In this document: positions 19,579 through 29,313 of the stretch, one piece after another
Numbering within the stretch: the stretch's first letter is position 1
Layout of the letters: each line of letters opens with the position of its first letter
Source of the DNA: Candidatus Hydrogenedentota bacterium
Lineage (GTDB): Bacteria; Hydrogenedentota; Hydrogenedentia; Hydrogenedentales; SLHB01
Assembly: GCA_045863295.1 (NCBI GenBank)
Contig: BTWA01000004.1
Location: forward strand, 96,001-160,000
DNA length: 64,000 nucleotides
Direction: 5' to 3'
Made by a program: the position numbers and the translations under genes
Notes under the pieces: generated by a model
Database searches by the model: none
Told to the model about the DNA's origin: nothing
The model's input: the letters and a program-made list of their open reading frames with translations, nothing else

Positions 19579-21186
19579 TCACGTCTGAATGACGCCAGTA
19601 TGAAACCGGCCCTCAGTCTGCTTGCGGCCCACCAACGCCAATGCCCGGATAAGCACGTCGCGCGTCGTGTGAGGCGCGATGATCGCGTCGACCCACCCGC
19701 GTGCCGCCGCATAACGAATGTCCATCTGTTCGTCGTAGTCCCGCTTCACGCGTTCGCGTAACGCATTCAATTCATCGTCCCCCGCCGCATTCGCGCTCCG
19801 CTTGAGGATGGTGAACAACGTGCCGGAAGCCTGCTCGCCGCCCATCACCGCATACTTCGCATTGGGCCATGCAAAAATAAAACGGGGATCGTAGGCCTTG
19901 CCACACAACGCATAGTTGCCCGCGCCGAATGATCCCCCCACCACCACCGTAATTTTGGGCACCACCGAATTGCTGACCGCGCTCACCAATTTCGCCCCGC
20001 ATCGGATAATCCCGGATTGCTCCGCATGCTTGCCTACCATGAATCCCACCACGTCCTGAAAAAACACGATAGGAATGCCCATCTGATTGCAGTCCAAGAC
20101 GAATCGCGCCGCCTTGTCCGCACTGTCGGGATAAATCACGCCGCCTATCTGGACGCCTTCTGTCTTGGATTGGCACCGCTTGCGCTGGTTCGCCACAATC
20201 CCGCACGCGCGGCCACCCACTTTCGCGTAGGCTGTAACAAGCGTTTGCCCGAACTCGGCGCGATACTCCTCGAACGATCCCGCGTCAACTACGCAATCCA
20301 GCACATCACGCATGTCATATTCGCGGCGCCCGCTGGGATCGACCAATCCATAAACGGCCTCCGTATCGCTGGCCGGCACGTCGCCGGAAAGCGGTCCCAG
20401 CCGTTGTTCCCAACGCTCGGATGGCAACAACTCAATCAACTTCCGGATACGGTTTAGACAGGTGGGATCGTCCGGCTCATGAAAATCGATCGTACCGCTA
20501 ACCGCCGCATGCATCGACGCCCCGCCCAACTCTTCGGGATCCGCTTCCTGCCCAATCGCCGCCTTCACCAACGCCGGCCCCGCGAGGTACAACCCGCTGC
20601 CTTCGGTCATCAACAGCTTGTCGCAAAGCACCGGCAAATACGCCCCGCCTGCAATGCAATTCCCCATGATGGCGGCATACTGCGGCAGACCCGATGCCGA
20701 TAATACGGCGTTGTTTCGAAATATCCGCCCAAAATCGTCTTCGTCGGGAAAGATCTCGTCCTGCATTGGCAGGTAAACCCCCGCCGAGTCCACGAGATAA
20801 ATCAGCGGCAAACCGTTTTCAAACGCTATCCGTTGCGCCCGTAAAACCTTCTTCACCGTCTGTGGAAAAAACGCCCCCGCTTTCACCGTCGCGTCGTTGG
20901 CCACAATCAGACACGGACGGTTGCAGACCGCACCAATGCCGGCAACAGTTCCCGCCGCCGGCACCTCGCCCACACCGGGATACATCTGCCATCCCGCCCA
21001 AAGCCCAATTTCAAAAAAAGAATGGGGTTCGTCCAGAAGGCGCGCAATCCGTTCGCGCGCGGTGAGCCTGCCCAGCCGCGCCTGCCGTTCGCGCCCCGCC
21101 GCACCGCCGCCCTCGCGCAATGAAGCCTCCTGCGTTAGAATGGAATCCGTAATCGCTCGAATGGAAGCGGACGAAACAGTGCTCAT
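19579..21186 (-). CDS. Acyl-CoA carboxylase carboxyltransferase (beta) subunit, MCC/LiuB-like
   Basis: VANDATVKAG, GNCIAGGAY and GGSFGAGNY motifs. Confidence 0.92.
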   Translation of the reverse strand: MSTVSSASIRAITDSILTQEASLREGGGAAGRERQARLGRLTARERIARLLDEPHSFFEIGLWAGWQMYPGVGEVPAAGTVAGIGAVCNRPCLIVANDATVKAGAFFPQTVKKVLRAQRIAFENGLPLIYLVDSAGVYLPMQDEIFPDEDDFGRIFRNNAVLSASGLPQYAAIMGNCIAGGAYLPVLCDKLLMTEGSGLYLAGPALVKAAIGQEADPEELGGASMHAAVSGTIDFHEPDDPTCLNRIRKLIELLPSERWEQRLGPLSGDVPASDTEAVYGLVDPSGRREYDMRDVLDCVVDAGSFEEYRAEFGQTLVTAYAKVGGRACGIVANQRKRCQSKTEGVQIGGVIYPDSADKAARFVLDCNQMGIPIVFFQDVVGFMVGKHAEQSGIIRCGAKLVSAVSNSVVPKITVVVGGSFGAGNYALCGKAYDPRFIFAWPNAKYAVMGGEQASGTLFTILKRSANAAGDDELNALRERVKRDYDEQMDIRYAAARGWVDAIIAPHTTRDVLIRALALVGRKQTEGRFHTGVIQT

Positions 21187-21190
21187 GCGC

Positions 21191-22984
21191 TTACGATTCC
21201 GCCGGCCAGGTCACGCCGGTCACTTCGTCAGAAACCGCGTAGATCGATTCGTCATCGTTCTTGAAGAGTGAATCCAGGGCCGCGTCGAATTCGGCAAACG
21301 CCATGCGGCAATACAACTTTCCAGCCGATAGGTTGCCCTTGGCCATTTCACCGCCGCCGTTGGCGGAATGCAATTCGCTGTCCAGTCGCCCAATCACCGC
21401 CGTCACCGTGTACAATGCAATGGCCGCTGTCGCGATACGGTTGATTCGCAACTGCTCTTCCACCAGTCCCTCGCGGTATTTCGCAAGCAGCCGGGGTATC
21501 GCAAGTCCAAACCGCCGGACACGCGCCCCCAACTCGCCCGCCTCCTCTGCAATGGCGGCCGACCGAACCGGTACCAATGGCGCACGTACCGACTTCGAAT
21601 AGTCCTTGCCCAAGTGCAGCATCTTCCCCAACGCATGAATGGGATTGGTCAACACGCTGTCGTGCATGTCCTTCAAGCGCACGCCCAAATCGCGCACACC
21701 TACAACCCCGATAAACGCACGCAAAACCTCGTTGGACCCTTCGCCAATCGTGTTCAAACGCGCGTCGCGCATCATGCGCTCGAACGGATGATCGGTAAAG
21801 AAGGACCGCCCGCCATAGATCTGCATCGTGTCATAGAGGATTTGCCACTGACACTCGCTGCAAAACACCTTGATGATTGCCGTCTCCAGCATGAAGTCTT
21901 CTTCGCCCCGATCCAGCAATCCCGCGGTCAGATAGGTCGATGCCTCCATCGCATACACCCGCGCCGCCATCCCAGCAATCATGCTCTTGACCATGCCAAA
22001 ACTCGCCAGCGGACGCTTGAATTGATGCCGCGTCCGCGCGTGTTCGACCGCAAGACGTAGGCATTCCTTGGCATTCCCCGTGCACCCCGCGCCAAACGTC
22101 GTACGGCCAAAATCCAGCACCGTCAACGCCACCTTCAACCCGCCGCCTTTGGGACCCAGAATATTCGCCGCCGGCACTTCCATGTCAGTGAAACGGAGCT
22201 TCGCCGTCTTCGTTCCTCGCATCCCCACCTTTTCCAAGGCCACGTCTTCGACTTCGAATCCCGGCATGTCGGGCGTCACAAGAAATGCCGTGATTTTGTC
22301 CTCTCTACCTTTTGGGGTTTCCACCTCCGTTTGCGCCATCACCGTAAGAATGCCCGCAATGCCGCCGTTTGTGATCCACTGCTTGCGGCCCGTAATCCGG
22401 TAGACATCACGCTCCGCGTCATACACCGCGCGCGTCTCCACGCCTGCCGCGTCCGAACCCGCATTGGGCTCCGTCAACGCAAATGCCGCAAGCACGTCGC
22501 CCCGCGCCAACGGTGGCAACCATCGACCCTTCTGCTCATCCGTGCCGAACAACAACAACGCCTTCATGCCAATGCTCTGGTGCGCATTGATGAACAAGGC
22601 CGTAGACTGGCAACGCCGCGCCACCTCCTCCACCATCCGGCAGTACCCGTACTGGCTGATGCCCTGTCCACCAAATTCGTGGGGAATGGTGCAACTCAAA
22701 ACACCAAGATCGGCCAGTCCCCGAATCACGTCCCCGGGAATGTCGCTCTGACGATCAATGGTGTCCGGATTCAGGTGCGCGTCGGCCCACGTCGACAACG
22801 AATGGATAAACGCGTCCGCGGACTTCCTCTCTTCCATGGTCGGTTGAGGAAACGGAAGCACGCGCGCCGCATCGAACGCGCCCATGAACAACCCTTTGAC
22901 AAAACTCGGAAGGCGCTCTTCGGAAAACAGCAGGTCCTCTGCCTTCTCCATCTGTTCCTGTTGCCACGTCTTTGCATTGGCCAT
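21191..22984 (-). CDS. Acyl-CoA dehydrogenase (VLCAD/ACAD9-like)
   Basis: FALTEPNAGSD, KQWITNG, QIYGG and IGEGSNE motifs; C-terminal extension. Confidence 0.92.
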   Translation of the reverse strand: MANAKTWQQEQMEKAEDLLFSEERLPSFVKGLFMGAFDAARVLPFPQPTMEERKSADAFIHSLSTWADAHLNPDTIDRQSDIPGDVIRGLADLGVLSCTIPHEFGGQGISQYGYCRMVEEVARRCQSTALFINAHQSIGMKALLLFGTDEQKGRWLPPLARGDVLAAFALTEPNAGSDAAGVETRAVYDAERDVYRITGRKQWITNGGIAGILTVMAQTEVETPKGREDKITAFLVTPDMPGFEVEDVALEKVGMRGTKTAKLRFTDMEVPAANILGPKGGGLKVALTVLDFGRTTFGAGCTGNAKECLRLAVEHARTRHQFKRPLASFGMVKSMIAGMAARVYAMEASTYLTAGLLDRGEEDFMLETAIIKVFCSECQWQILYDTMQIYGGRSFFTDHPFERMMRDARLNTIGEGSNEVLRAFIGVVGVRDLGVRLKDMHDSVLTNPIHALGKMLHLGKDYSKSVRAPLVPVRSAAIAEEAGELGARVRRFGLAIPRLLAKYREGLVEEQLRINRIATAAIALYTVTAVIGRLDSELHSANGGGEMAKGNLSAGKLYCRMAFAEFDAALDSLFKNDDESIYAVSDEVTGVTWPAES

Positions 22985-23117
22985 GGATCGGCTCCCGGCA
23001 AAATAAATCGGGCACGCGCTTACTTAGTGGTAGGTATTGGCCGCGCAAACACCCATCAGTTCCCAAATACCTGAGTGGATATGCCGCCTGCCGCGCCCGG
23101 CGTTTGTCACCAAACTC

Positions 23118-23146
23118 ATTCTGAACCCGGCCAAATGCCTTGTCAA
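23118..23146 (-). promoter_or_regulatory. sigma70-type promoter for the acyl-CoA cluster
   Basis: TTGACA-17 nt-CAGAAT. Confidence 0.55.
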
Positions 23147-23177
23147 ATAACCGGGCCCGCTCACACGCTCCCCCGTC

Positions 23178-23711
23178 CTACAGCACTTCAACGGTGATAT
23201 TGTGGTTCGTATAGATACAAATGTCGCCCGCGATATTCAGCGACTCACGAACGGTCCCTTCCGCGTCAAGGGACGAATACTTCACCAACGCCCGCGCCGC
23301 CGCAAGCGCAAACGGACCGCCCGAACCGATCGCCAGAATACCGTCATCCGGTTCAATGACTTCGCCACCGCCCGAGATCAGCAACGAACGCTCAGCGTCG
23401 CAAACCGCCAGCAGCGCTTCCAAATTTCGCAGATACTTGTCCGTGCGCCACTGCTTACCCAACTCCACCGCCGCCCGAAGCAAATTCTTGTTGTATTCGC
23501 TGAGCTTGCCTTCAAAGCGCTCAAACAACGTGAAGGCATCCGACACCGATCCGGCAAAGCCCGCCAACACCTTCCCGTCAGCCAGCCGCCGTACCTTGGT
23601 CGCCTTGTCTTTCATCACGGTGTTGCCCATGGTCACCTGACCGTCGCCGCCAAGCGCCACCTTGCCGTCTTTGCGTACGCTCACCACGGTGGTGGCGTGA
23701 AACTGAATCAT
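23178..23711 (-). CDS. hslV: ATP-dependent protease peptidase subunit HslV
   Basis: HA/TTVV N-terminal Thr, GDGQVT, GFAG, AIGSGG and ICIYTN motifs. Confidence 0.96.
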   Translation of the reverse strand: MIQFHATTVVSVRKDGKVALGGDGQVTMGNTVMKDKATKVRRLADGKVLAGFAGSVSDAFTLFERFEGKLSEYNKNLLRAAVELGKQWRTDKYLRNLEALLAVCDAERSLLISGGGEVIEPDDGILAIGSGGPFALAAARALVKYSSLDAEGTVRESLNIAGDICIYTNHNITVEVL

Positions 23712-23729
23712 GGATTTCATCCTCCCATA

Positions 23730-24455
23730 CTACCCGCCAATCGGCACGCTTTCGAATCGGCGAACAACGATCTCGTCGGTGTGGGCTCGCTCACTCTGTG
23801 TGGCCAGGAACAGACATGCATGCGCGACATCCTCCGGCGTCATCCAGTTGGATCGATCGCGCTCCGGCATGGCCTCCGCGGCAAGCCTGGTATCTACGCC
23901 GCCAGGGCAGACGCTGTGCACCCGGATGCCGGACTCCCGCAACTCCATCGACAATACCTTGGTGAGTCCATTGAGAGCATGCTTGGAAGCCACATACGAA
24001 CTCTGATTCGAAATGGGTTTCAACCCGGCCACGCTGGAAATGTTGATAATCCGGCCTGCTTTCCGCTCTATCATCGAAGGCAGCACCGCCTGTATCATCG
24101 ACACCACGCCGAACACATTCACATCGAACGTTCGCCGCCACTCTTCCACCGGCGATTCAACGAACGGCTTGAAGGAAGCATAGCCCGCATTGTTCACAAG
24201 AATGTCGACATGACCAAGGGCCTGCACCGCCTTCCCGCCGGAATGCAATGCCTGTCCGGCGTCCGAAAGATCGCAAGGCAATACAACCGCCGCCCTCCCT
24301 GCATCGCGCACCAACCCCGCCGTCACTTCCAGCTCATCAACCGACCGCGCAAGAATCGCCACATCGCAGCCCTGCTGCGCAAACGCAACAGCAATACCGC
24401 GCCCAATGCCGCGGCCCGCGCCGGTGATAATCGCTGTCTTACTCTTCAATAACAT
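23730..24455 (-). CDS. SDR family oxidoreductase
   Basis: TGAGRGIG, NNAG and YVASK motifs. Confidence 0.92.
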   Translation of the reverse strand: MLLKSKTAIITGAGRGIGRGIAVAFAQQGCDVAILARSVDELEVTAGLVRDAGRAAVVLPCDLSDAGQALHSGGKAVQALGHVDILVNNAGYASFKPFVESPVEEWRRTFDVNVFGVVSMIQAVLPSMIERKAGRIINISSVAGLKPISNQSSYVASKHALNGLTKVLSMELRESGIRVHSVCPGGVDTRLAAEAMPERDRSNWMTPEDVAHACLFLATQSERAHTDEIVVRRFESVPIGG

Positions 24456-24501
24456 GATCGAGTTCCGTCTTCGCTAGCGTCCGGCCGAAATGGCACCCCT
24501 T

Positions 24502-25224
24502 TTACAACACGTGGCGAAAAACCATATACCCTTCCGCTGCCTCGCGCGAAATTTCGCGGCCCCGCACACGCGCAATGTACTCCACGTTCTGCAACGACGA
24601 ATGGTGAATTGCATCGCGCATTTGCGACTGGTGCATGGACAATGCTTTCAATTTGTGCTCCAAGTACGCGCTGATGTCAATGTAAAAATTCGGGTGAAAC
24701 TTCTCGCGTTCCATGGACCAGAACAACGAGGTATTGTCATAACCCAATACGATCGGCTGAAACGATTTGATGCTGGGCACGCCGGGACGCGCAGCGGTCC
24801 AAGCCGCGCGAAAGACGGCTTCGTGATCCTGGTTGTACGATGCGATTGGGATGGCGAGAATTGTCGGCTGTATCTTGTCCAGCGCAAGCCGCGCGTCGCG
24901 TTCAAAAAGGGAAATAAGATCGCGGCGCGGAATCGCGTCCAGCCGCAGGTGAGTTTGTTCGTCCCGAAAAAGGATTTCCCAATCATCCACCCGCAGAAAA
25001 TCCATTACATCCTTGACTTCCTTTTCCCGCGTCGTGCCTTCAACAATGGCCTGTTTGCCGTCGTAATGTTTCAAATCGCCCACGGAACAAATAATGCAAT
25101 AGACTTCGCCGCCGAGATCCTTGATTCGCGCCATGGTGCCGGCGCAGCCAAAACATTCGTCGTCGGCATGAGGTGCAATTACAAGCATGCGCTGCTTGGA
25201 CAAAAACAAGTCTTCAGGCGTCAA
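24502..25224 (-). CDS. PIG-L/LmbE family N-deacetylase
   Basis: APHADDE, NQDH and HQSQ motifs. Confidence 0.9.
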   Translation of the reverse strand: MTPEDLFLSKQRMLVIAPHADDECFGCAGTMARIKDLGGEVYCIICSVGDLKHYDGKQAIVEGTTREKEVKDVMDFLRVDDWEILFRDEQTHLRLDAIPRRDLISLFERDARLALDKIQPTILAIPIASYNQDHEAVFRAAWTAARPGVPSIKSFQPIVLGYDNTSLFWSMEREKFHPNFYIDISAYLEHKLKALSMHQSQMRDAIHHSSLQNVEYIARVRGREISREAAEGYMVFRHVL

Positions 25225-26380
25225 TGCCTTTCTCCTTCAATAACCTTTCGTACACATCTTCGATGCCGCGAACCATGCGGTCCAAACCGTAGTAAGGATC
25301 GATCCGCGTGCGCGACGCCGCTCCCATGCGCTCTCGCAAATCACGGTCCCGGATCAAGGACCGCAATCCGTGCGCAAGTGCGCGCGCGTCACGCGGCGCT
25401 GTAAGCAAACCCGTTACGCCGTCCACCACCACATCCGGCACACCCCCGACGGCCGTCGCAACGCTGGGAACCCCAGCGGCGCCCGCCTCCAGCAATACAC
25501 GCCCCATCCCCTCATTCAAGGAAGGCAACACAAACACGTCGAACGCTGCCATGAGATCCGGAATGTCGTCGCGCTGCCCCAACAAGTGAAACCGGTCCCC
25601 CAGTGGTCGCGCCAAATCCGCCAACGCTCCCCGCAGTGATCCGTCTCCCACGAGCACAAACCGGGCCTCGCCATGGTGTTCAAGAACCTCGCGTGCCGCA
25701 TCCACAACATACGAGAAACCTTTTACGGGTTCAAGACGCCCCACCGCGCCAATCAAAACTTCGTCGTCACGGACACCCAATGCCTTCCGAGTCAACGGAC
25801 GCCGCGCACGAGCACGCTCGTAGGGCGAAAGATCAATGCCGCTGAATATGGCGGTCCACTTTTCCCGCACCCCGATACGCCGTTCGAGATGCTCCTCGAT
25901 GCCGCGCTCGGTCAGCGCAATCATCGTGTCCGTAAATGCAGCCGCCCGCCGCTCCCAAGCCACGAAAAATCGCGTGGTCAGATCGGAAAAATAACCGGTG
26001 AAAATGTGCCCGTGCGGTGTGTGAATAATGATCGGCGTTCCCACGGTCCGCGCGGCAAACCGCCCAAGAATACCCGCCTTGGACGTGTGCGTATGCACAA
26101 TGTGGTATTGCCGTTGGCGAATCAGTCGGGCCAGCGATCGATACGCGCGCCAGTCACGCAACGGATGAGGCGTCCGGCACAGCGAGGAGATCGGAATGAG
26201 TTCGACTCCCGCATCGCGGACGGCGCCTTCCATGCAGATCTCGCCAGGCGGCACGGGACCGGCGATGAGATCGACCTCATACCGCTCCCGGTTCATCAAC
26301 CGGCACGTATGAAAGGTATTCTCCTGCGCGCCGCCCTTGCACATTCGCGTAATGATGTGCGCCACGCGAATACGTTTCAC
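25214..26380 (-). CDS. GT4 glycosyltransferase
   Basis: HTHTSKAG, GRLEPVKG and EGMGRVLLEA motifs; GTGA overlap. Confidence 0.92.
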   Translation of the reverse strand: MKRIRVAHIITRMCKGGAQENTFHTCRLMNRERYEVDLIAGPVPPGEICMEGAVRDAGVELIPISSLCRTPHPLRDWRAYRSLARLIRQRQYHIVHTHTSKAGILGRFAARTVGTPIIIHTPHGHIFTGYFSDLTTRFFVAWERRAAAFTDTMIALTERGIEEHLERRIGVREKWTAIFSGIDLSPYERARARRPLTRKALGVRDDEVLIGAVGRLEPVKGFSYVVDAAREVLEHHGEARFVLVGDGSLRGALADLARPLGDRFHLLGQRDDIPDLMAAFDVFVLPSLNEGMGRVLLEAGAAGVPSVATAVGGVPDVVVDGVTGLLTAPRDARALAHGLRSLIRDRDLRERMGAASRTRIDPYYGLDRMVRGIEDVYERLLKEKGIDA

Positions 26381-27516
26381 GGCGCCGCTTCCAGAATTTC
26401 CATCACGCGCTGCGTGAATACCCGCCAATTCAGTTCGCGCTCCACCCGTTCGCGGCCCGCCTCCCCAAAGTCGTGAGAGAGATCCGGATTCAACAACAGC
26501 TTGCCTATCGCTTCCGCGGTCTCGTGCACATGCTCTGGCGGCACCAGATAGCCCGTAGCGCCATCGATCACCGCCTCGGGTACCCCGCCGGTATCGCCCG
26601 CCACGACGGGCTTACCATGGGCATGCGCCTCCGCAAATACGAGGCCAAACCCTTCCACATGCGGTCCTTCGGTCGCCGTGGGTAACGCGAATACGTCGCA
26701 CTCCGCATAGAGCGCCGCCACTTCGCGGTCAGACAATCGCCCCGGCAATACAACATGATCCCGCACGCCCAACGCATGTGCTTCACGCGCCACCGCACTT
26801 AAGGTTGGCCCCCGGCCTACCATCACCAGCACCGCGTCCGGAGCCTGCGCAAGTATCTCCGGCATGGCCCGGACCAAAGTCAAATGTCCCTTGCGCGGAA
26901 TGAAGCGTCCCACGGCCAGGATAACGCGCGCTCCTTCCAGCACATACCGGCGCCGCACGGCATCCATCTCTTCGCCGGAAATCGGCAACGGCTCGGCGGC
27001 TCCCGGAAGAACAATATGTAAGTTCTCCTTCGACGCGCCGAACGCCACCAGCTTGTCGCGCGTGAATCGGCTGATGGCGATGACCGCCGCCGCATTGCGA
27101 TAAATCCGGCGCAAAACCGCCGCGAAAGGTCCCTCTGCATGGAACTTGAGAAACTCATAGGCATAAGCAAATGCGGCATAACGCAACCCATGCCGTCTTC
27201 GAGCAAACCAGCCGATTAATCCAGCTGATGCTACGTTGATGGCAAACAGCCAATCACTGGAATCAAAGTAAGGACGTGCCGCGCGATACATGGGAATCGT
27301 CCGGAACCAGCCCCAACCGTACCCGTCATAACGAATAATCGTCACCGGCTCATTCCGATCAAATTCCGCCATATCCGGAAAGCCCGGCGCGATGACAGTC
27401 ACCTTGTGCCCCTGCCGGGCCAACTCGCGGCTCAACTCCAGTGTGACCGTGGCGATGCCTCCTTCAATCGGCGGATAGTCGGCGGTCAACACCAGAATCG
27501 ATTGCGGCCCATTCAT
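26377..27516 (-). CDS. GT4 glycosyltransferase (PimA/PimB-like)
   Basis: DYPPIEGG, GRFIPRKG and EGFGLVFAEA motifs. Confidence 0.92.
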   Translation of the reverse strand: MNGPQSILVLTADYPPIEGGIATVTLELSRELARQGHKVTVIAPGFPDMAEFDRNEPVTIIRYDGYGWGWFRTIPMYRAARPYFDSSDWLFAINVASAGLIGWFARRRHGLRYAAFAYAYEFLKFHAEGPFAAVLRRIYRNAAAVIAISRFTRDKLVAFGASKENLHIVLPGAAEPLPISGEEMDAVRRRYVLEGARVILAVGRFIPRKGHLTLVRAMPEILAQAPDAVLVMVGRGPTLSAVAREAHALGVRDHVVLPGRLSDREVAALYAECDVFALPTATEGPHVEGFGLVFAEAHAHGKPVVAGDTGGVPEAVIDGATGYLVPPEHVHETAEAIGKLLLNPDLSHDFGEAGRERVERELNWRVFTQRVMEILEAAP

Positions 27517-29207
27517 CGGCGGGCTTTCGTCAGTACATAGTCGCCCATGACCAACGCATCCATCCCGGTCGAGTAAAAACAGCGAATCGCATCGGCCGGC
27601 GTATGTACGATGGGTTCCCCCATCACATTAAACGATGTGTTCAACACCATGGGCACGCCACGCCGTTTGCCAAAGGCCTCGATCAACTCGTAATAGCGGG
27701 GACTGACTTCGCGCGCCACCGTTTGTACCCGCGCCGTGCCGTCAACATGAGTGATAGCGGGCACCGCCTCCCGTTTCTCCGGTTTCACCAAATGCACAAA
27801 CAACATAAATGGCGACCGCGAACACCCTTCGAAATACTCGCCCGCATGCTCCTCCAGCACGCTCGGCGCAAACGGCCGGAATTCCTCACGGTGTTTTACA
27901 TACTTGTTGATCAAGTCTTTCATCTCGGGCCGCGTTGGATCCGCCAAAATGCTGCGGCTGCCCAATGCGCGCGGCCCGAATTCCATCCGCCCCTGATACC
28001 AGCCCACAATCCGGCCCTCCGCCAGCAAATCGGCGGCCCGCTCGATCACATCGTCGGGTGTTTCATAATCAAGTTTGGACAACTCCAACTGACTCCGGAT
28101 GGCCTCATTGCCAAAGGCCGGACCAATGCAGGCGTCGTGCATCACAAACCCACGGGGTGTTCCTGTCAACGCATGATGCAACTGAAACGCCGCGCCAATC
28201 GCAATTCCATCGTCACTCGCCGCCGGCTGCACCCAAATCTCGTCAAAGCCCGACTCCCGAAGTAGGCGTCCGTTCATCGAGCAGTTCAGTGCCACGCCGC
28301 CCGCCAAACCCAACCGGCGCAGGCCAGTCTCGCGCCGCAGGTGTTCCGCCATGTGCAAAACGGTTTCTTCCAGCACTGCCTGCGCTGATGCCGCGATCTG
28401 CGCGTGTCGGTCGCTGACCGGCTCGCCCTTCTTTCGGGCGGGACCGAATCGCTCCAAAAACTTGGGCGATACATACCCCCTCCGCGATCCCGCGAGATAA
28501 TGGCATTGAAACCAGGACAGGTCGATGGAGTAACGGCCGTGATCCCGCTTCCGCACGATCTCGCGAAATTGCTCCAGAAACTCCGGCTGTCCGTAGGACG
28601 CCAAACCCATAACCTTGTATTCGTCGCTCGCGCGTGCAAACCCAAGGTAATCGGTTATGGCCGTGTAGAAGACGCCCAGCGAGTTGGGATAGTTCGCAAT
28701 CGCTCGGCCCGTAATAGACGTGCCTCTGCCTACGCCCGACCACGTGCAGCACCACTCCCCCACATAGTCAATCGAGAGCAGCGCAGCCTCGTCGAAAGGG
28801 CTCACCAGAAAGGAAGAGGCCGCATGCGCGGGATGATGTTCCATGAAATGGACGCGGGTACGCGGACCTGCAAAGCCCTTCATGCCCAATACATATTCAG
28901 CGTTGTGCACGAATTCATACGCCATATAGCCCGCGGAATACGTGGGGGAACGAAACATCTGTGAAATTCGGTATGGAAGCCGCTTGCCAAGTCGCAAGCC
29001 CGGCTTCATATAGCAGACGATGTGATCCACGTCGGCGATCGAAAGGCCCGCATACTCCAAACACCACGCCGTCGCAAGCCGCGGAACGCCCCCTTGATGT
29101 TTGACGCGCGAAATCCGCTCCTCAGCCACCCCGCAAACCAGTTGACCGTCGCAAACAAGCACAGCCGCGGAATCGTGCGAATACCCCCCGATCCCAAGGA
29201 TGTTCAT
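27513..29207 (-). CDS. O-carbamoyltransferase (NodU/CmcH/TobZ family)
   Basis: HDSAA, EERISRVKH, HHPAH, YKVMGLA, GGVALN, EFGPRALG and LNTSFN motifs. Confidence 0.95.
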   Translation of the reverse strand: MNILGIGGYSHDSAAVLVCDGQLVCGVAEERISRVKHQGGVPRLATAWCLEYAGLSIADVDHIVCYMKPGLRLGKRLPYRISQMFRSPTYSAGYMAYEFVHNAEYVLGMKGFAGPRTRVHFMEHHPAHAASSFLVSPFDEAALLSIDYVGEWCCTWSGVGRGTSITGRAIANYPNSLGVFYTAITDYLGFARASDEYKVMGLASYGQPEFLEQFREIVRKRDHGRYSIDLSWFQCHYLAGSRRGYVSPKFLERFGPARKKGEPVSDRHAQIAASAQAVLEETVLHMAEHLRRETGLRRLGLAGGVALNCSMNGRLLRESGFDEIWVQPAASDDGIAIGAAFQLHHALTGTPRGFVMHDACIGPAFGNEAIRSQLELSKLDYETPDDVIERAADLLAEGRIVGWYQGRMEFGPRALGSRSILADPTRPEMKDLINKYVKHREEFRPFAPSVLEEHAGEYFEGCSRSPFMLFVHLVKPEKREAVPAITHVDGTARVQTVAREVSPRYYELIEAFGKRRGVPMVLNTSFNVMGEPIVHTPADAIRCFYSTGMDALVMGDYVLTKARR

Positions 29208-29249
29208 GCGACGCACTCTCCAAGTATCGCTGGTTCAGCCTGAAATGTC

Positions 29250-29274
29250 GTCATTCCCGCGAAAACGAGTATCC
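29250..29274. repeat. Degenerate GTCATTCCCGCG-type intergenic palindrome
   Basis: gtcattcccgcgaaaacgagtatcc resembles the widespread GTCATTCCCGCGAAAGCGGGAATCC repeat. Confidence 0.45.
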
Positions 29275-29313
29275 CTCGGTTAAAATCCACTGGCACTCAA
29301 ATGAACAGGACTT

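Noticed and set aside
22985..23117. Riboswitch in the acyl-CoA dehydrogenase leader
   Set aside because: One AGGTATT/AATACCT stem only; no known consensus and no terminator
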